Under the pieces are notes generated by a model. The model saw nothing but the letters and a program-made list of their open reading frames with translations. It did no database searches and was not told where the DNA came from. From an uncultured delta proteobacterium (lineage in GTDB: Bacteria; Myxococcota; Myxococcia; Myxococcales; Anaeromyxobacteraceae), in NCBI GenBank assembly GCA_963828255.1, contig CAWHDZ010000023.1:23090-87089 (forward strand): 64,000 bases of DNA, written 5' to 3'. Below are positions 40,756 to 50,743 of this stretch, piece by piece. The position numbers and the translations under genes are program-made. How positions within the stretch are numbered: the first letter of the stretch is position 1; every line of letters starts with the position of its first letter.

Positions 40756-41502
40756 GTGGCGATGATCCGGATCAGCGGCCTCTCCAAGGCCTTCGGCGAC
40801 AAGGAGGTCCTCCGGGGGGTGAGCCTCGATGTCGAGGAGGGCACCACCTTCGTGGTCCTGGGGGCGTCGGGGTCGGGCAAGACGGTGCTCCTGAAGCACG
40901 TCATCGGGCTTCTCAGGCCGGACGCCGGCTCGGTCCACGTGGACGGGATGGAGATCTCGGCCCTCTCCGGGCGCGCGCTCACCGAGGCGCGGCGGGTCTT
41001 CGGGATGGTCTTCCAGGGGTCGGCCCTCTTCGACTCGATGACCGTTTTCGACAACGTGGCCTTCCCGGTGCGGGAGCGGGAGCGGAGGATTCCCCACGAC
41101 GAGCTGCTGGCCCGGGTCATCGAGAGCCTCCGGGTCGTGGACCTGGGGGAGGACGTGCTCGACCAGTGGCCGTCCCAGCTCTCCGGGGGCATGCGAAAGC
41201 GGGTTTCCCTGGCGCGGGCGCTGGTGGCCAATCCGAAGATCGTCCTCTACGACGAGCCCACCACCGGCCTCGACCCCATCACCACCAACTCGGTGGACTC
41301 GATGATCGACCAGGCCAAGCAACGGCGCGGCGTGACCAGCATGGTCATCTCCCACGACATCGCCAGCGCATTCCGTGTGGCCGATCGGCTGGCCGTGCTC
41401 TACGATGGCCGCATCGCCGCCCAGGGGACGCCGGAGGAGGTCCGGCGGAGCGACGACCCCTACGTGCAGCGCTTCCTCTCCCTCTGGTTCGAGAAGCAGT
41501 GA
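40756..41502 (+). CDS. mlaF: MlaF family ATP-binding protein
   Basis: GASGSGKT, FQGSALFDS, LSGGMRKRV, YDEPTTGLDP. Confidence 0.93.
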   Translation: MAMIRISGLSKAFGDKEVLRGVSLDVEEGTTFVVLGASGSGKTVLLKHVIGLLRPDAGSVHVDGMEISALSGRALTEARRVFGMVFQGSALFDSMTVFDNVAFPVRERERRIPHDELLARVIESLRVVDLGEDVLDQWPSQLSGGMRKRVSLARALVANPKIVLYDEPTTGLDPITTNSVDSMIDQAKQRRGVTSMVISHDIASAFRVADRLAVLYDGRIAAQGTPEEVRRSDDPYVQRFLSLWFEKQ

Positions 41503-41518
41503 CCCGCGACCGACGACC

Positions 41519-43093
41519 ATGCCCGCCGCCTCGAACACGCCCACGCTGAACCGCGCCCTCGCCGTGGGGCTGCTCGTCGCCATCGCCGGCAGCGTCTTCC
41601 TGGTGGCGTTCACCTTCTTCCGCAAGGGGGGGCTGGCGGCCCGCGACAGCTACGCGATCACGGCGGTCTTCGACGACGTGACCGGCCTCTCCTGGAAGAG
41701 CCGGGTCCAGGTGGCCGGGATCCAGGTCGGCGAGGTCACCGGGATCGAGCTCTCCGGGGAGCGGGCCCGGGTGATCATCCGGGTGAAGAACGACATCCCG
41801 CTGCGGGCCAACGCCTGCCTGACCAAGCGCTTCCCGTCGGCGCTGCTTCCCGACGCGCTGCTCGAGGCCAGCCTGGGATCCGCTCCCGCGCCGCTGCTCC
41901 GCGACCTTCCGGAGGCGGAGCGGCAGATCACCTGCGTCCGCGAGGCGGCCAACGTCGCCAAGCTCATGGAGTCGCTCTCCAAGATCGCCGGGGACATCCA
42001 GGTCGTGTCGGCCGACCTGGCGAAGACGGTCGGGGGCACCCAGGGAAGCGTGCGGGAGATCATCGAGAACCTGACCCACGTCACCCGATCGGTCGATCGG
42101 CTGCTCGACGAGAACACCGGAAAGGTGGCGAGCATCCTCGACAACACCGAGGCCCTGACCGGCGAGCTTCGGGCCGTGGCGGCCCAGGACGCCGGCCGGT
42201 ACTCGTCCATCGCCAGGAACGTCGACGAGGCCAGCCAGCGGCTGAACCGCATCCTGGCCTCGGTGGAGGACATCGTCGGCCCGAGCCAGACTCCCGAGCT
42301 GAAGGAGTCGGTGCAGGGCGCGCGGCAGGCCCTCCTGAAGCTCAACAAGACCCTGGACGACGTGCAGTCGGTCACCTCCAAGGTGGCGGCAGGGCAGGGC
42401 GTGGCAGGGAAGCTGCTCGTGGACGAGCAACTCGGCGAGAAGGTCGGCATGGCAGCCGAGAGCCTCTCCGACTACGTGAACCGCATCTCGGCCTGGCAGC
42501 TCTACGTGAACATCCGCTCGGAGTACCTGATCAACTACGGGGGCACGAGGGCCTACTTCGGCGTCACGCTGATGCCCAAGCCGGACAAGTTCTACATCCT
42601 CGAGCTGATGACCGACCCGCGCGGCTACAACTCGGTGATCACCGAGACGGCCACCACGCTCAACGAGGCGACCGGGTCCTCGGTCACCACGACGACCGTC
42701 CGTTCCATCAACGAGCAGCGGCTCGCCATCTCGGCGATGTTCGGCAAGCGCTGGGGAGACCTGATCGGGCGCGTGGGGCTCATCGAGAGCTCCGGCGGCA
42801 TCGGCGTGGACTACCTGCTCTTCCAGGACCGCCTGAAGCTGTCCCTCAACATCTACGGGTGGACGCGTCCCACGGTGGACACCTTCCCGCGAACCAAGCT
42901 CTGGTTCGACTGGCGCTTCATCCCCAACGTCTACCTCACCGGTGGGATGGAGAACCTCCTGAACGCCTACAACTACGGGTCGGGGCGCGACTACTTCATC
43001 GGCGCGGGCGTCTACTTCAACGATCAGGACCTGCGCGCGCTCCTCGTGGGAGGCGGCGGTGCGGCGGCGGGGGCCGCCGCCGCGGCGAAGTAG
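41519..43093 (+). CDS. mlaD: MlaD/MCE protein with long helical region and C-terminal beta-rich domain
   Basis: N-terminal TM; F.DVTGL...SRVQVAGIQVGEV MCE motif; helical middle section; beta-strand C-terminus. Confidence 0.88.
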   Translation: MPAASNTPTLNRALAVGLLVAIAGSVFLVAFTFFRKGGLAARDSYAITAVFDDVTGLSWKSRVQVAGIQVGEVTGIELSGERARVIIRVKNDIPLRANACLTKRFPSALLPDALLEASLGSAPAPLLRDLPEAERQITCVREAANVAKLMESLSKIAGDIQVVSADLAKTVGGTQGSVREIIENLTHVTRSVDRLLDENTGKVASILDNTEALTGELRAVAAQDAGRYSSIARNVDEASQRLNRILASVEDIVGPSQTPELKESVQGARQALLKLNKTLDDVQSVTSKVAAGQGVAGKLLVDEQLGEKVGMAAESLSDYVNRISAWQLYVNIRSEYLINYGGTRAYFGVTLMPKPDKFYILELMTDPRGYNSVITETATTLNEATGSSVTTTTVRSINEQRLAISAMFGKRWGDLIGRVGLIESSGGIGVDYLLFQDRLKLSLNIYGWTRPTVDTFPRTKLWFDWRFIPNVYLTGGMENLLNAYNYGSGRDYFIGAGVYFNDQDLRALLVGGGGAAAGAAAAAK

Positions 43094-43117
43094 GACGCCC
43101 TTGCGGGCGGGGGGAAG

Positions 43118-44411
43118 CTACCTCCCGATGGCGTACTGCAGCTGGGCCCAGGCAGAGGCGAGGTCGAAGGCTGCCTTGACCTCCTGGGCCTGCGCAGAGG
43201 TGTAGGAGGTCTGCGAGATGGTCACGTCGATGATGGTGCCGATCCCGGCCTGGTAGCGCCCCTCGGCGAGCTCGAGGTTCTCCTTCGCCTGGGTCACAAG
43301 CGTCCGGGCCACGGTGCGGCGGGCCCTGGCCTCCTTGACCGTGGTCACCGCCTGCTCGACGTCGGTGCGAACCTGAAGGAGCAGGAGGTCGCGGGAAGCG
43401 GTCGTGGAGGCCAGCACGCCCGACTGCACGTCCACCCTCCCCATGTCGGCGCCACCGTTCAGGAACGGCCAGGTGATGGTTCCGAGGATGTTCCAGGAGT
43501 TCGAGTCGGAGGCGGGGAGCCCTCCGGCGACGGGATAGCGCGAGTTGTTCCAGAGGTAGCTCGCACTCGCCCCGAGGATGGGATACCAGGCCGATCTCGC
43601 GGCCGAGAGGTTCTGGTCGGCGGCCGAGATCTGGAGCTCGGAGGCCTTGAGAATCGGGGCGGGATGCCGTCGCCTCGGCCATGAGGCGCGGGACGTCGAG
43701 GTCGGTGTCCTGGGGCACCGTGGGCAGGAGCAGCGTGCGCTTCGACACGTCCTGGCCGACGGCCTGCGACAGCGCGATGCGGGTGAGCAGCACCCCGTCG
43801 TGCGCGGTGATCTGCGAGATGAGCGACTGCTGCAGGTTCACGTCGGCGGTGGTCACGTCGAAGCGGGGGCGCGTGCCCACCTCGAACTGGCCGCGGGCGA
43901 GATCGAGCTGCCGCTGGTTCGACGCCACCGTCTGGTCGGCGACGGCCACGAGCGCCTCGGTGGCGAGCACGGTGTAGTAGGCGGTCCGGACATTCAGCTC
44001 CACCGCGTTCCAGGCGGCGTCCACGCCGGCCCGGGCCGCGCGCTCCTGGTCACGGGCGGCCAGGTAGGCCCCCAGCGTCCGTCCGAAGTCCCAGAGCGTC
44101 TGGTTGAGCGTGATGGTCGCGTTGTAGGTGTCGTAGAGCGCCGACGACGGACGTGCGCCGAGACTGCTGGCCGTCCACCCGGCCTTGGCCCCCGCCGATC
44201 CGCCGGGGAGGAAGCCGGATCGGGCGATCCCCACCTGCCCCCGGGCCTGCATGACCGACGCCTGTGCCTGGGCCAGCTGGGGATTGGCCCGCGCCAGATC
44301 CAGCGCCTGCTCGAGCGCGAGCGGGGCGGTCGACGAAGCCTCCGCCTGGGCCGTCGCCGGGGTCGCGGCCTCGGCGGCCGCCACGGCGAGTGCGAGGAAC
44401 AGCGCGTTCAT
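43118..44411 (-). CDS. TolC family outer-membrane efflux protein, frameshifted near 43652
   Basis: Signal peptide; LEQALDLARANP, QTLWDFG. Removing one base restores SRPDLKASE...WPFLNGG...RYQAGIGTIIDV. Confidence 0.85.
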
Positions 44412-45637
44412 TCGAACCTCAGGGCGGTGATGGGGTCGAGCCGGGAGGCCTTGTGGGCCGGGTAGAGGCCGAACACCACCCCCACGAGCCCGCTGAAGGC
44501 CACTGCGATGGCGATGACGTCCGCCCGGTACATGACCTCCCAGCCAAAGCTCGTGGCGAGGCGCCAGGCGCCGAAGACGCCGAGCGCGACACCGATGAGG
44601 CCACCGGTGATGGCCAGGGCGAGCGCCTCCACCAGGAACTGGAGCCGGATGTCGGCGGGCTTGGCGCCCACCGCCATGCGAAGGCCGATCTCCCTGGTCC
44701 GCTCGGTGACCGACACCAGCATGATGTTCATGATGCCGATCCCGCCCACCAGCAGCGAGACGGCGGCGATGGCGGCGAGGAGGGTGGTGAGCGTGCGCGT
44801 CCCTTCCTGGCGGGCGCTGGCGATCTCCGACAGGTTCCGGATGGAGAAGTCGTCCTCGGCCCCGAGGGGAAGGCGATGGCGGTCGCGGAGCAGGGCGCGG
44901 ATCTGGCTCTCTGCGCGTGCGGTGGTGTCGGCGCTGGTAGCACTCACCGCGACGCTGCCCTCGATGAAGTTCTTGAGGCCGCCCTTGATCTTCTGCTGGA
45001 AGGTGGAGACCGGGACGACGACGATATCGTCGTAGTCCTGCCCCCACTGCGACTGCCCCTTCTTGGCGAGCACGCCGACCACCGTGAAGGGGATGCTCTT
45101 GATGCGGATGGGTTGGCCGGTGGGATTCGCGTTCTCTCCGAAGAGCTTGTTGGAGACGGTCTGGCCGATGACCGCCACCTTGGTTCCCCCCTCCACGTCG
45201 GCGTGGGTGAGAAGGTTGCCGATCGCCGCGGGCCAGGTGCGGATCTGGAAGTACTCGGGGGACGTGCCCAGGATCTGCGTTCCCCAGTTCTGGTCCTCCG
45301 ACATGACCTGGGCGTTGGCCCGTAGCTGGGCCGCGGCCGCCCGTGCGGTGGGGATCTCGGTCTGGATCGCCAGGAGGTCGTCCCAGGTGAGGGTGGGCAT
45401 GGATCCGAAGCCGCCCATAGCGCCGCCGACCGAGCTCGTGCCGGGGAGGACGATGAGCATGTTCGATCCCATGGCCGCGAAGGTGGCCTCGACGCGGGCC
45501 TTGGCGCCGTCGCCGATGGCCACCATGGCGATGACCGCCGAGACCCCGATGACCACGCCCAGCGTGGTCAGGAAGGAGCGCATCTTGTTGCGGGTGAGGG
45601 CGCGGAGCGCCACCCGGAGTGTCTGGAGGGGATTCAC
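44408..45637 (-). CDS. MacB/FtsX-type ABC permease
   Basis: RSFLTTLGVVIGV and GGIGIMNIMLVSVTERTREIGLRMAVGA motifs. Confidence 0.93.
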   Translation of the reverse strand: MNPLQTLRVALRALTRNKMRSFLTTLGVVIGVSAVIAMVAIGDGAKARVEATFAAMGSNMLIVLPGTSSVGGAMGGFGSMPTLTWDDLLAIQTEIPTARAAAAQLRANAQVMSEDQNWGTQILGTSPEYFQIRTWPAAIGNLLTHADVEGGTKVAVIGQTVSNKLFGENANPTGQPIRIKSIPFTVVGVLAKKGQSQWGQDYDDIVVVPVSTFQQKIKGGLKNFIEGSVAVSATSADTTARAESQIRALLRDRHRLPLGAEDDFSIRNLSEIASARQEGTRTLTTLLAAIAAVSLLVGGIGIMNIMLVSVTERTREIGLRMAVGAKPADIRLQFLVEALALAITGGLIGVALGVFGAWRLATSFGWEVMYRADVIAIAVAFSGLVGVVFGLYPAHKASRLDPITALRFE

Positions 45638-46380
45638 GGTTGGTCCTCCTCGTCGCCCTCGGTCCAGGGCGGGACCACGGCGACCTTCGGTTCCTGCCGC
45701 TCGTCGGAGAGCACCCGCCCGTCCCGCATCTGGATGACGCGCGAGGCGTACCGGGAGATGTCGGGCTCGTGGGTCACGAGCACCACGGTGATGCCGCCCC
45801 GTCCCAGCTCCTGGAAGAGCTGCATCACCTCGACGCTTGTGCGCGAGTCGAGGTTGCCAGTGGGCTCGTCGGCCAGGATCACGCGCGGCTCGGTGACCAG
45901 CGCCCGGGCGATGGCGACGCGCTGCTGCTGGCCGCCGGACATCTGGTTGGGGTGGTGGTCGGCCCGGTTGCCGAGCCCGACCCGTTCGAGCGCGGCGGCC
46001 GCGCGGAGGCGGCGCTCCGCGCTGCCCGCGCCGGCGTAGAGCAGGGGAAGCTCGACGTTCTCCAGCGCCGAGGTCCGGGCCAGCAGGTTGAAGCTCTGGA
46101 AGACGAAGCCGATGGTGCGGTTGCGGACCTCGGCCAGGCGCTCGGTGGAGAGTGTGGAAACCGCCTCCCCCTCGAGCAGGTAGACGCCGCCGGTGGGGCG
46201 GTCGAGGAGGCCGACGATGTTCATGAGGGTGGACTTGCCGGATCCGGATGCCCCCATGATGGCGGTGAACTCCCCCTGCTCGATGGTGAGGGACACGCCG
46301 CGCAGGGCGTGAACCTCCACGTCCCCCATTCGGTAGACCTTGGCGACGTCCTTGAACTGGATGAGCGGCGGCGGGGACAT
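45634..46380 (-). CDS. MacB/LolD-type ABC ATP-binding protein
   Basis: GASGSGKS, GFVFQSFNL, SGGQQQRVAIARAL, ADEPTGNLD. Confidence 0.93.
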   Translation of the reverse strand: MSPPPLIQFKDVAKVYRMGDVEVHALRGVSLTIEQGEFTAIMGASGSGKSTLMNIVGLLDRPTGGVYLLEGEAVSTLSTERLAEVRNRTIGFVFQSFNLLARTSALENVELPLLYAGAGSAERRLRAAAALERVGLGNRADHHPNQMSGGQQQRVAIARALVTEPRVILADEPTGNLDSRTSVEVMQLFQELGRGGITVVLVTHEPDISRYASRVIQMRDGRVLSDERQEPKVAVVPPWTEGDEEDQP

Positions 46381-46390
46381 GGCGCTCGGG

Positions 46391-47647
46391 CTACAGTCCG
46401 CGGCGGAGGTTCTGGAGGTTGGGCGAGCCCGCGCCGAGCGCGTCGGTGATGACGAGGTCGCCCGCCGTCAGCTCTCCCTCGACCACCTCGGTGAAGGACC
46501 CGTCGGAGATGCCGGTCTTCACCTTCACCGGAGCGGGCTTGTCGCCGGTGAGGGTCCAGACCGTCCGACCGGACGCCTCGCCGGGACGGCCGCCGCCCGC
46601 CGGACCTGCAGCGCGAGCGCCGGTCGCCCCTCCCGCACCGGCAGCCCGCGCGCCGGCTGCTCCTCCATTGCCGTCCCCCAGCAGGGAGGGGGGCGGCCGG
46701 AAGCGCAGCGCCGCATTCGGCACCTTGAGCACGTCCTCCTTCTCGGCGTAGACGAAGGTCACATTGGCGGTCATGCCCGGCTTGAGCTTGAGGTCGGGGT
46801 TGTCCACGTCGATCACCGCGTCGTAGGTGACCACGTTCTGGACGGTCTGCGGGGCGTTGCGGACCTGGCGGATCTTCCCGCGGAAGGTCTCTCCCGGGTA
46901 GGCGTCCACGGTGAACGAGGCCGCCATCCCCGCCTTGAGGCGACCCACGTCGGCCTCGGCGACGTTGGTATCCACCTGCATCTTGGCGAGGTCCTCGGCG
47001 ATGACGAAGATGGTCGGGGCCGCGAGCGAGGCGGCCACGGTCTGGCCGACGTCCACGTTGCGGGAGATCACCGTCCCGTTCGTGGGCGAGACGATGTTGG
47101 TGTAGGCCAGGTTCACCTCGGCCGACTGCAGCGCGGCCCGGGTCTGGGCCACGTTGCCCTCGATCGCCGCCACCTGGGCGTCGGCGGCATCCGCGTTGGC
47201 CAGCGCCGTGTCGAGGTCGGCCTGGGCGTTGAGCTTTCGGGCGGCGAGCTCCTTCTGGCGCTCGGCCTGGCGGCGGGCGTCCACCGCCTGCACCTTGGCC
47301 TTGACCAGGTTTCCCTGCGCCGCAGCCAGGTTGGCCCGGGCCTGGTCCACCGAGGCCTGGAAGAGGGCGGGGTCGATCTTGGCGATGAGCTGCCCCTTCT
47401 TGACCGGGGAGTTCCAGTCGGCGTGGAGCGCCGCGATGCGCCCGGAGACCTGGCTGCCGACCTGGACCGTGACGATGGCCGAGAGCAGCCCGGAGGCCGT
47501 GACCTTGGCGACGACGCGCCCCTTCTCGACCTTGGCCGTCTCGAACTGGAGCTTCTGCTTCCCGTCTCCCGGGTTGAGGAGCCAGAAGGCGAGGGCGGCG
47601 ATCACGAGGACGACGGCCAGTGCGATGAAGACGCGACGCTTGGTCAT
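46391..47647 (-). CDS. MacA-like periplasmic adaptor (membrane fusion protein)
   Basis: VQVGSQVSGRI, I.SP..GTVISRNVDVGQTVAAS, LKPGMTANV. Confidence 0.92.
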   Translation of the reverse strand: MTKRRVFIALAVVLVIAALAFWLLNPGDGKQKLQFETAKVEKGRVVAKVTASGLLSAIVTVQVGSQVSGRIAALHADWNSPVKKGQLIAKIDPALFQASVDQARANLAAAQGNLVKAKVQAVDARRQAERQKELAARKLNAQADLDTALANADAADAQVAAIEGNVAQTRAALQSAEVNLAYTNIVSPTNGTVISRNVDVGQTVAASLAAPTIFVIAEDLAKMQVDTNVAEADVGRLKAGMAASFTVDAYPGETFRGKIRQVRNAPQTVQNVVTYDAVIDVDNPDLKLKPGMTANVTFVYAEKEDVLKVPNAALRFRPPPSLLGDGNGGAAGARAAGAGGATGARAAGPAGGGRPGEASGRTVWTLTGDKPAPVKVKTGISDGSFTEVVEGELTAGDLVITDALGAGSPNLQNLRRGL

Positions 47648-47694
47648 GGGGGCGGGATATTAAGCGCGCGGTGGGCGAGGGATGACAGAATCTG

Positions 47695-47711
47695 GTGAAG
47701 TTTCGTGAAGT
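47695..47711. promoter_or_regulatory. Direct repeat GTGAAGT-N3-GTGAAGT, candidate response-regulator site
   Basis: Two copies 10 bp apart in the divergent intergenic region, upstream of a minus-strand TAATAT -10-like hexamer near 47657-47662. Confidence 0.45.
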
Positions 47712-47756
47712 CGGCGGGCGTGCCAACCGCACCGGGGTCGGTATACTCCCCCCGCG

Positions 47757-48281
47757 ATGCGCCACTGGACGAAGGTAGGACTCCTCGTGCTGCTCGCCGG
47801 GGTGGGGGCCCTCTGGCTGGCCCCCGATCCCGGGCCGGGAGACTCCATGGTCGGGGAGCCGGCGCCACCGCTGGTCCTCCGGGACCTTTCGGGTCGTGAG
47901 ATCTCACTGGCATCGCTCCGGGGCCGGGCCGTGGCGCTCAACTTCTGGGCCACCTGGTGTCCACCCTGCAAGGAGGAGTTGCCCGCCTTCTCCGAGGCCT
48001 GGCGGGCGTCCCGGGGACGCTGCCTCGAGATCGTCGCCGTCACCGAGGAATCCTCCCTGGAGGACGCGGCCACCGAGGCGAGGCGGATGGAGGTGCCATT
48101 CCCGGTCGTGATGGACCCGGAGGGGGCCGTGGCCCGGGCGTTCCGGGTGACCGGCTACCCGCGCACCTACATCATCGACGCGGAGGGAAAGGTCCGGAAG
48201 ATCTTCACCGGGAAGGTGTCGCGCGAGCGGCTCGAGGCCGCGCTCGAGCCGCACGTCCCGGCCTCCTGCACGGGGGCCTGA
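47757..48281 (+). CDS. TlpA/ResA-like thiol-disulfide oxidoreductase
   Basis: N-terminal TM; NFWATWCPPC; cis-Pro motif GYPRT. Confidence 0.92.
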   Translation: MRHWTKVGLLVLLAGVGALWLAPDPGPGDSMVGEPAPPLVLRDLSGREISLASLRGRAVALNFWATWCPPCKEELPAFSEAWRASRGRCLEIVAVTEESSLEDAATEARRMEVPFPVVMDPEGAVARAFRVTGYPRTYIIDAEGKVRKIFTGKVSRERLEAALEPHVPASCTGA

Positions 48282-48484
48282 TGGCGACCCTCGGACGGCG
48301 CTGCCCCACCTGCGGCAATGTCCCCGCGCCCCGCACGGAGAACGGCGCCTGGCCTTTCTGCTCCGACCGCTGCCGCCTGGCCGACCTGGGGCGCTGGCTC
48401 GGGGAGTCCTACCGCATCCCCGGCGAGCGGATCGGGGACGGGGCGGCGACCCGGTCGGAAGGTGATGAGGAGGATCCCACGTGA
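48281..48484 (+). CDS. yacG: DNA gyrase inhibitor YacG
   Basis: CPTC...PFCSDRCRLADLGRWLGESYRIP. Confidence 0.92.
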   Translation: MATLGRRCPTCGNVPAPRTENGAWPFCSDRCRLADLGRWLGESYRIPGERIGDGAATRSEGDEEDPT

Positions 48485-49425
48485 AGAAGATCGTCTATGC
48501 GGTCCGGGCGTTGCCGGGCGGGGTTCCGCCCGAGGTGGCCACCCTCGTCGACCTCCGCGGAGGGGAGGGGCGCCCGCCGCCGCGCGAGCGCATCCACGCC
48601 GAGGGGGGAGAGGCCGAGGTCCTGGTGGTCACCTACCTCGACCGGGTGGACGACGCGCTGCTCGACGGGCTGCCCTCGGTCCGCCAGGTCAGTTCCTACG
48701 GCGTCGGGGTGAACCACGTGGACCTGCCCGCCATGGAGCGGCGCGGCGTCGTCGTCACCAACACCCCCGACGTCCTCACCGACGCCACCGCCGACATGGC
48801 GATGGCGCTGCTCCTCGCCGCCGCGCGGCGGGTCTGCGAGGGGGACCGGCTCATCCGGGCCGGGGGGTGGCGGGACGCCGGCCCGGAGTTCCTGCTCGGA
48901 CGCGAGGTCACCGGCAAGACCCTGGGGATCGTGGGTTTCGGGAGGATCGGGCAGGCCATGGCCCGGCGCGCCTCCGGGTTCGGGATGCGCATCCTCTATT
49001 CCGGCCCGCGCGATGCCGGGGTCCCCGGCGCGACCCGGACCGACCTCGACCTCCTCCTGGCCACGAGCGACTTCGTCTCCCTTCACTGCCCGCTCACCGA
49101 CGCCACCCGCGACCTCCTCTCGCGCGAGCGCATCGCCCGCATGAAGCCGGGCGCCATCCTGGTCAACACCTCCCGCGGACCGGTGGTGGACGAGGAGGCC
49201 CTGGCCGACGCCCTGGAGGACGGGCGGCTCTTCGCCGCCGGCCTCGACGTCTTCCGGGACGAGCCGCGGGTTCCCGACCGGCTGCGCGCCGCCGCGAACG
49301 CCGTCCTCACGCCCCACGTGGGTTCCGGGACCGTCGAGACCCGCACCGCCATGGCCCGTCTGGTGTGGGACGAGGTCCTGCGCCGCGCCACCGGACGACC
49401 ACCGGCCCACCGCGTCGTGGTATGA
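48481..49425 (+). CDS. D-2-hydroxyacid dehydrogenase (glyoxylate/hydroxypyruvate reductase-like)
   Basis: TNTPDVLT, GIVGFGRIG, NTSRG, GLDVF..EP, PHVGS. Confidence 0.92.
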   Translation: MKKIVYAVRALPGGVPPEVATLVDLRGGEGRPPPRERIHAEGGEAEVLVVTYLDRVDDALLDGLPSVRQVSSYGVGVNHVDLPAMERRGVVVTNTPDVLTDATADMAMALLLAAARRVCEGDRLIRAGGWRDAGPEFLLGREVTGKTLGIVGFGRIGQAMARRASGFGMRILYSGPRDAGVPGATRTDLDLLLATSDFVSLHCPLTDATRDLLSRERIARMKPGAILVNTSRGPVVDEEALADALEDGRLFAAGLDVFRDEPRVPDRLRAAANAVLTPHVGSGTVETRTAMARLVWDEVLRRATGRPPAHRVVV

Positions 49426-49432
49426 CGCGCCG

Positions 49433-50515
49433 GTGAAGCGCTTCCTCCAGATCGCGGGCGGCCTCGCCGTCTCCGGGCTCGCGCTCTGGCTCACGCTGCG
49501 TGGAAAGGACCTGGGGGCGATCTGGTCGGCCGTTCAGGGAGCCAACTACGTCTGGCTCGCGCCCTACGTGGGGATCCTGGGGCTCATCCACCTGACGCGC
49601 ACGGTGCGCTGGGGAATCCTGCTCGAGCCGGTGGCCAGGGTCCCGTTCTCGCGCCTCAACGCGGTGTCGGCGGTCGGCTTCATGGCGCTCATGATCCTGC
49701 CCTTCCGCATCGGCGAGTTCGCCCGGCCCTACCTGATCGCCGAGCGCCCCAGGATCCGGGTCTCGGCGACGCTCTCCAGCGTGGTGGTGGAGCGGGTCGC
49801 CGACGGGCTGTTCACCGCGCTCCTGCTGGTGCTCACCCTGCTCGCGGTTCCCGATGGCACGCCGGGGCTGCACCTGCTGCGCATGGCGGGGCTGGTGGTC
49901 TTCGCCGTCTTCGGCGCCCTCCTGGCCTTCCTCGTCGTCGCCTACCGCAACCGTGCGCTGGCGGTGCGTTTCACCCACCGTGTACTTGACCCGCTCTCCC
50001 CGCGGGTCGCCGAGCGGGCCTCGGCGATGATGGACGCCTTCATCCACGGGTTGCGGCTCGTGCCCTCCCGCTCCAAGGTGGCCGCCTTCTTCCTGCTCAC
50101 CGCCGGCTACTGGTGCCTGAACGCCTGGGGGATGAGCATCCTCGCCCGGGCCTTCGACCTGCGCCTCTCGCTCGTCCAGGCCTTCACCGTCCTCGGGGTG
50201 CTGGTGGTCGGGGTGATGATCCCGGCCGGGCCCGGGATGGTCGGGACCTTCCAGGCCGCCACGGTGCTCGGCGTCTCCCTCTTCGTGCCGAAGGAGGTCC
50301 TCGACACGCGGGGCACTGCCTACGCCAACGTGCTCTGGGCGGTGCAGCTGGCCTTCACCACCGCGCTCGGCCTCTTCTTCCTCTTCTCGCGGCACATCCG
50401 GGTGGCCCAGATCTTCTCCGCGCCGGCCGAGGTGGAGGAAGGGCTCGAGGAGGAGGAGAGGGAGTACGTGGCGGAGGGGGACGGGGCGCCACCGACCGGG
50501 GGCTCGTCGCGTTGA
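49433..50515 (+). CDS. Lysylphosphatidylglycerol synthase TM-domain (flippase-like) protein
   Basis: RW..LL, LPFRIGEFARP, VVERVADG and PAGPGMVGTF motifs. Confidence 0.85.
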   Translation: MKRFLQIAGGLAVSGLALWLTLRGKDLGAIWSAVQGANYVWLAPYVGILGLIHLTRTVRWGILLEPVARVPFSRLNAVSAVGFMALMILPFRIGEFARPYLIAERPRIRVSATLSSVVVERVADGLFTALLLVLTLLAVPDGTPGLHLLRMAGLVVFAVFGALLAFLVVAYRNRALAVRFTHRVLDPLSPRVAERASAMMDAFIHGLRLVPSRSKVAAFFLLTAGYWCLNAWGMSILARAFDLRLSLVQAFTVLGVLVVGVMIPAGPGMVGTFQAATVLGVSLFVPKEVLDTRGTAYANVLWAVQLAFTTALGLFFLFSRHIRVAQIFSAPAEVEEGLEEEEREYVAEGDGAPPTGGSSR

Positions 50516-50540
50516 CAGGGCGCGGGGATGGCCCTATAAG
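50512..50540 (+). promoter_or_regulatory. Sigma70 promoter of tRNA-Met
   Basis: TTGACA-N17-TATAAG followed by a GC-rich discriminator. Confidence 0.8.
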
Positions 50541-50560
50541 CGCGCACTTCGAGAGAAATC

Positions 50561-50637
50561 GGTGAGGTAGCTCAGTCGGCTAGAGCGAGGGTCTCATAAT
50601 CCCTAGGTCGGGAGTTCGATTCTCCCCCTCACCACCA
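50561..50637 (+). tRNA. tRNA with CAT anticodon, probably elongator tRNA-Met; integration site
   Basis: Acceptor GGTGAGG/CCTCACC, TAGCTCAG D-arm, CTCATAA loop, TTCGATT T-loop, encoded CCA. G1-C72 is paired, so it is not the initiator; Ile2 is not fully excluded. Confidence 0.93.
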
Positions 50638-50684
50638 GTAATTCCAGCAGGTTAGCAGCACAAATAGGCGAGCGCGCCGCAGGT

Positions 50685-50704
50685 CGGGTACAATACCGGG
50701 TACA
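50685..50704 (+). repeat. Left arm-type repeat pair CGGGTACA x2 (12-bp period)
   Basis: CGGGTACA at 50685 and 50697. Confidence 0.75.
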
Positions 50705-50743
50705 CCGACGCGCGCTGCTCCCTAACCGGGCTGGAGGCAAATC

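Noticed and set aside
727..47765. Many very long alternative-frame or antisense ORFs (e.g. 727-4356, 2186-5530, 9868-12441, upstream part of 30299-33814)
   Set aside because: Arg/Gly/Pro-rich shadow ORFs expected in high-GC DNA; they overlap genes with clear family motifs.
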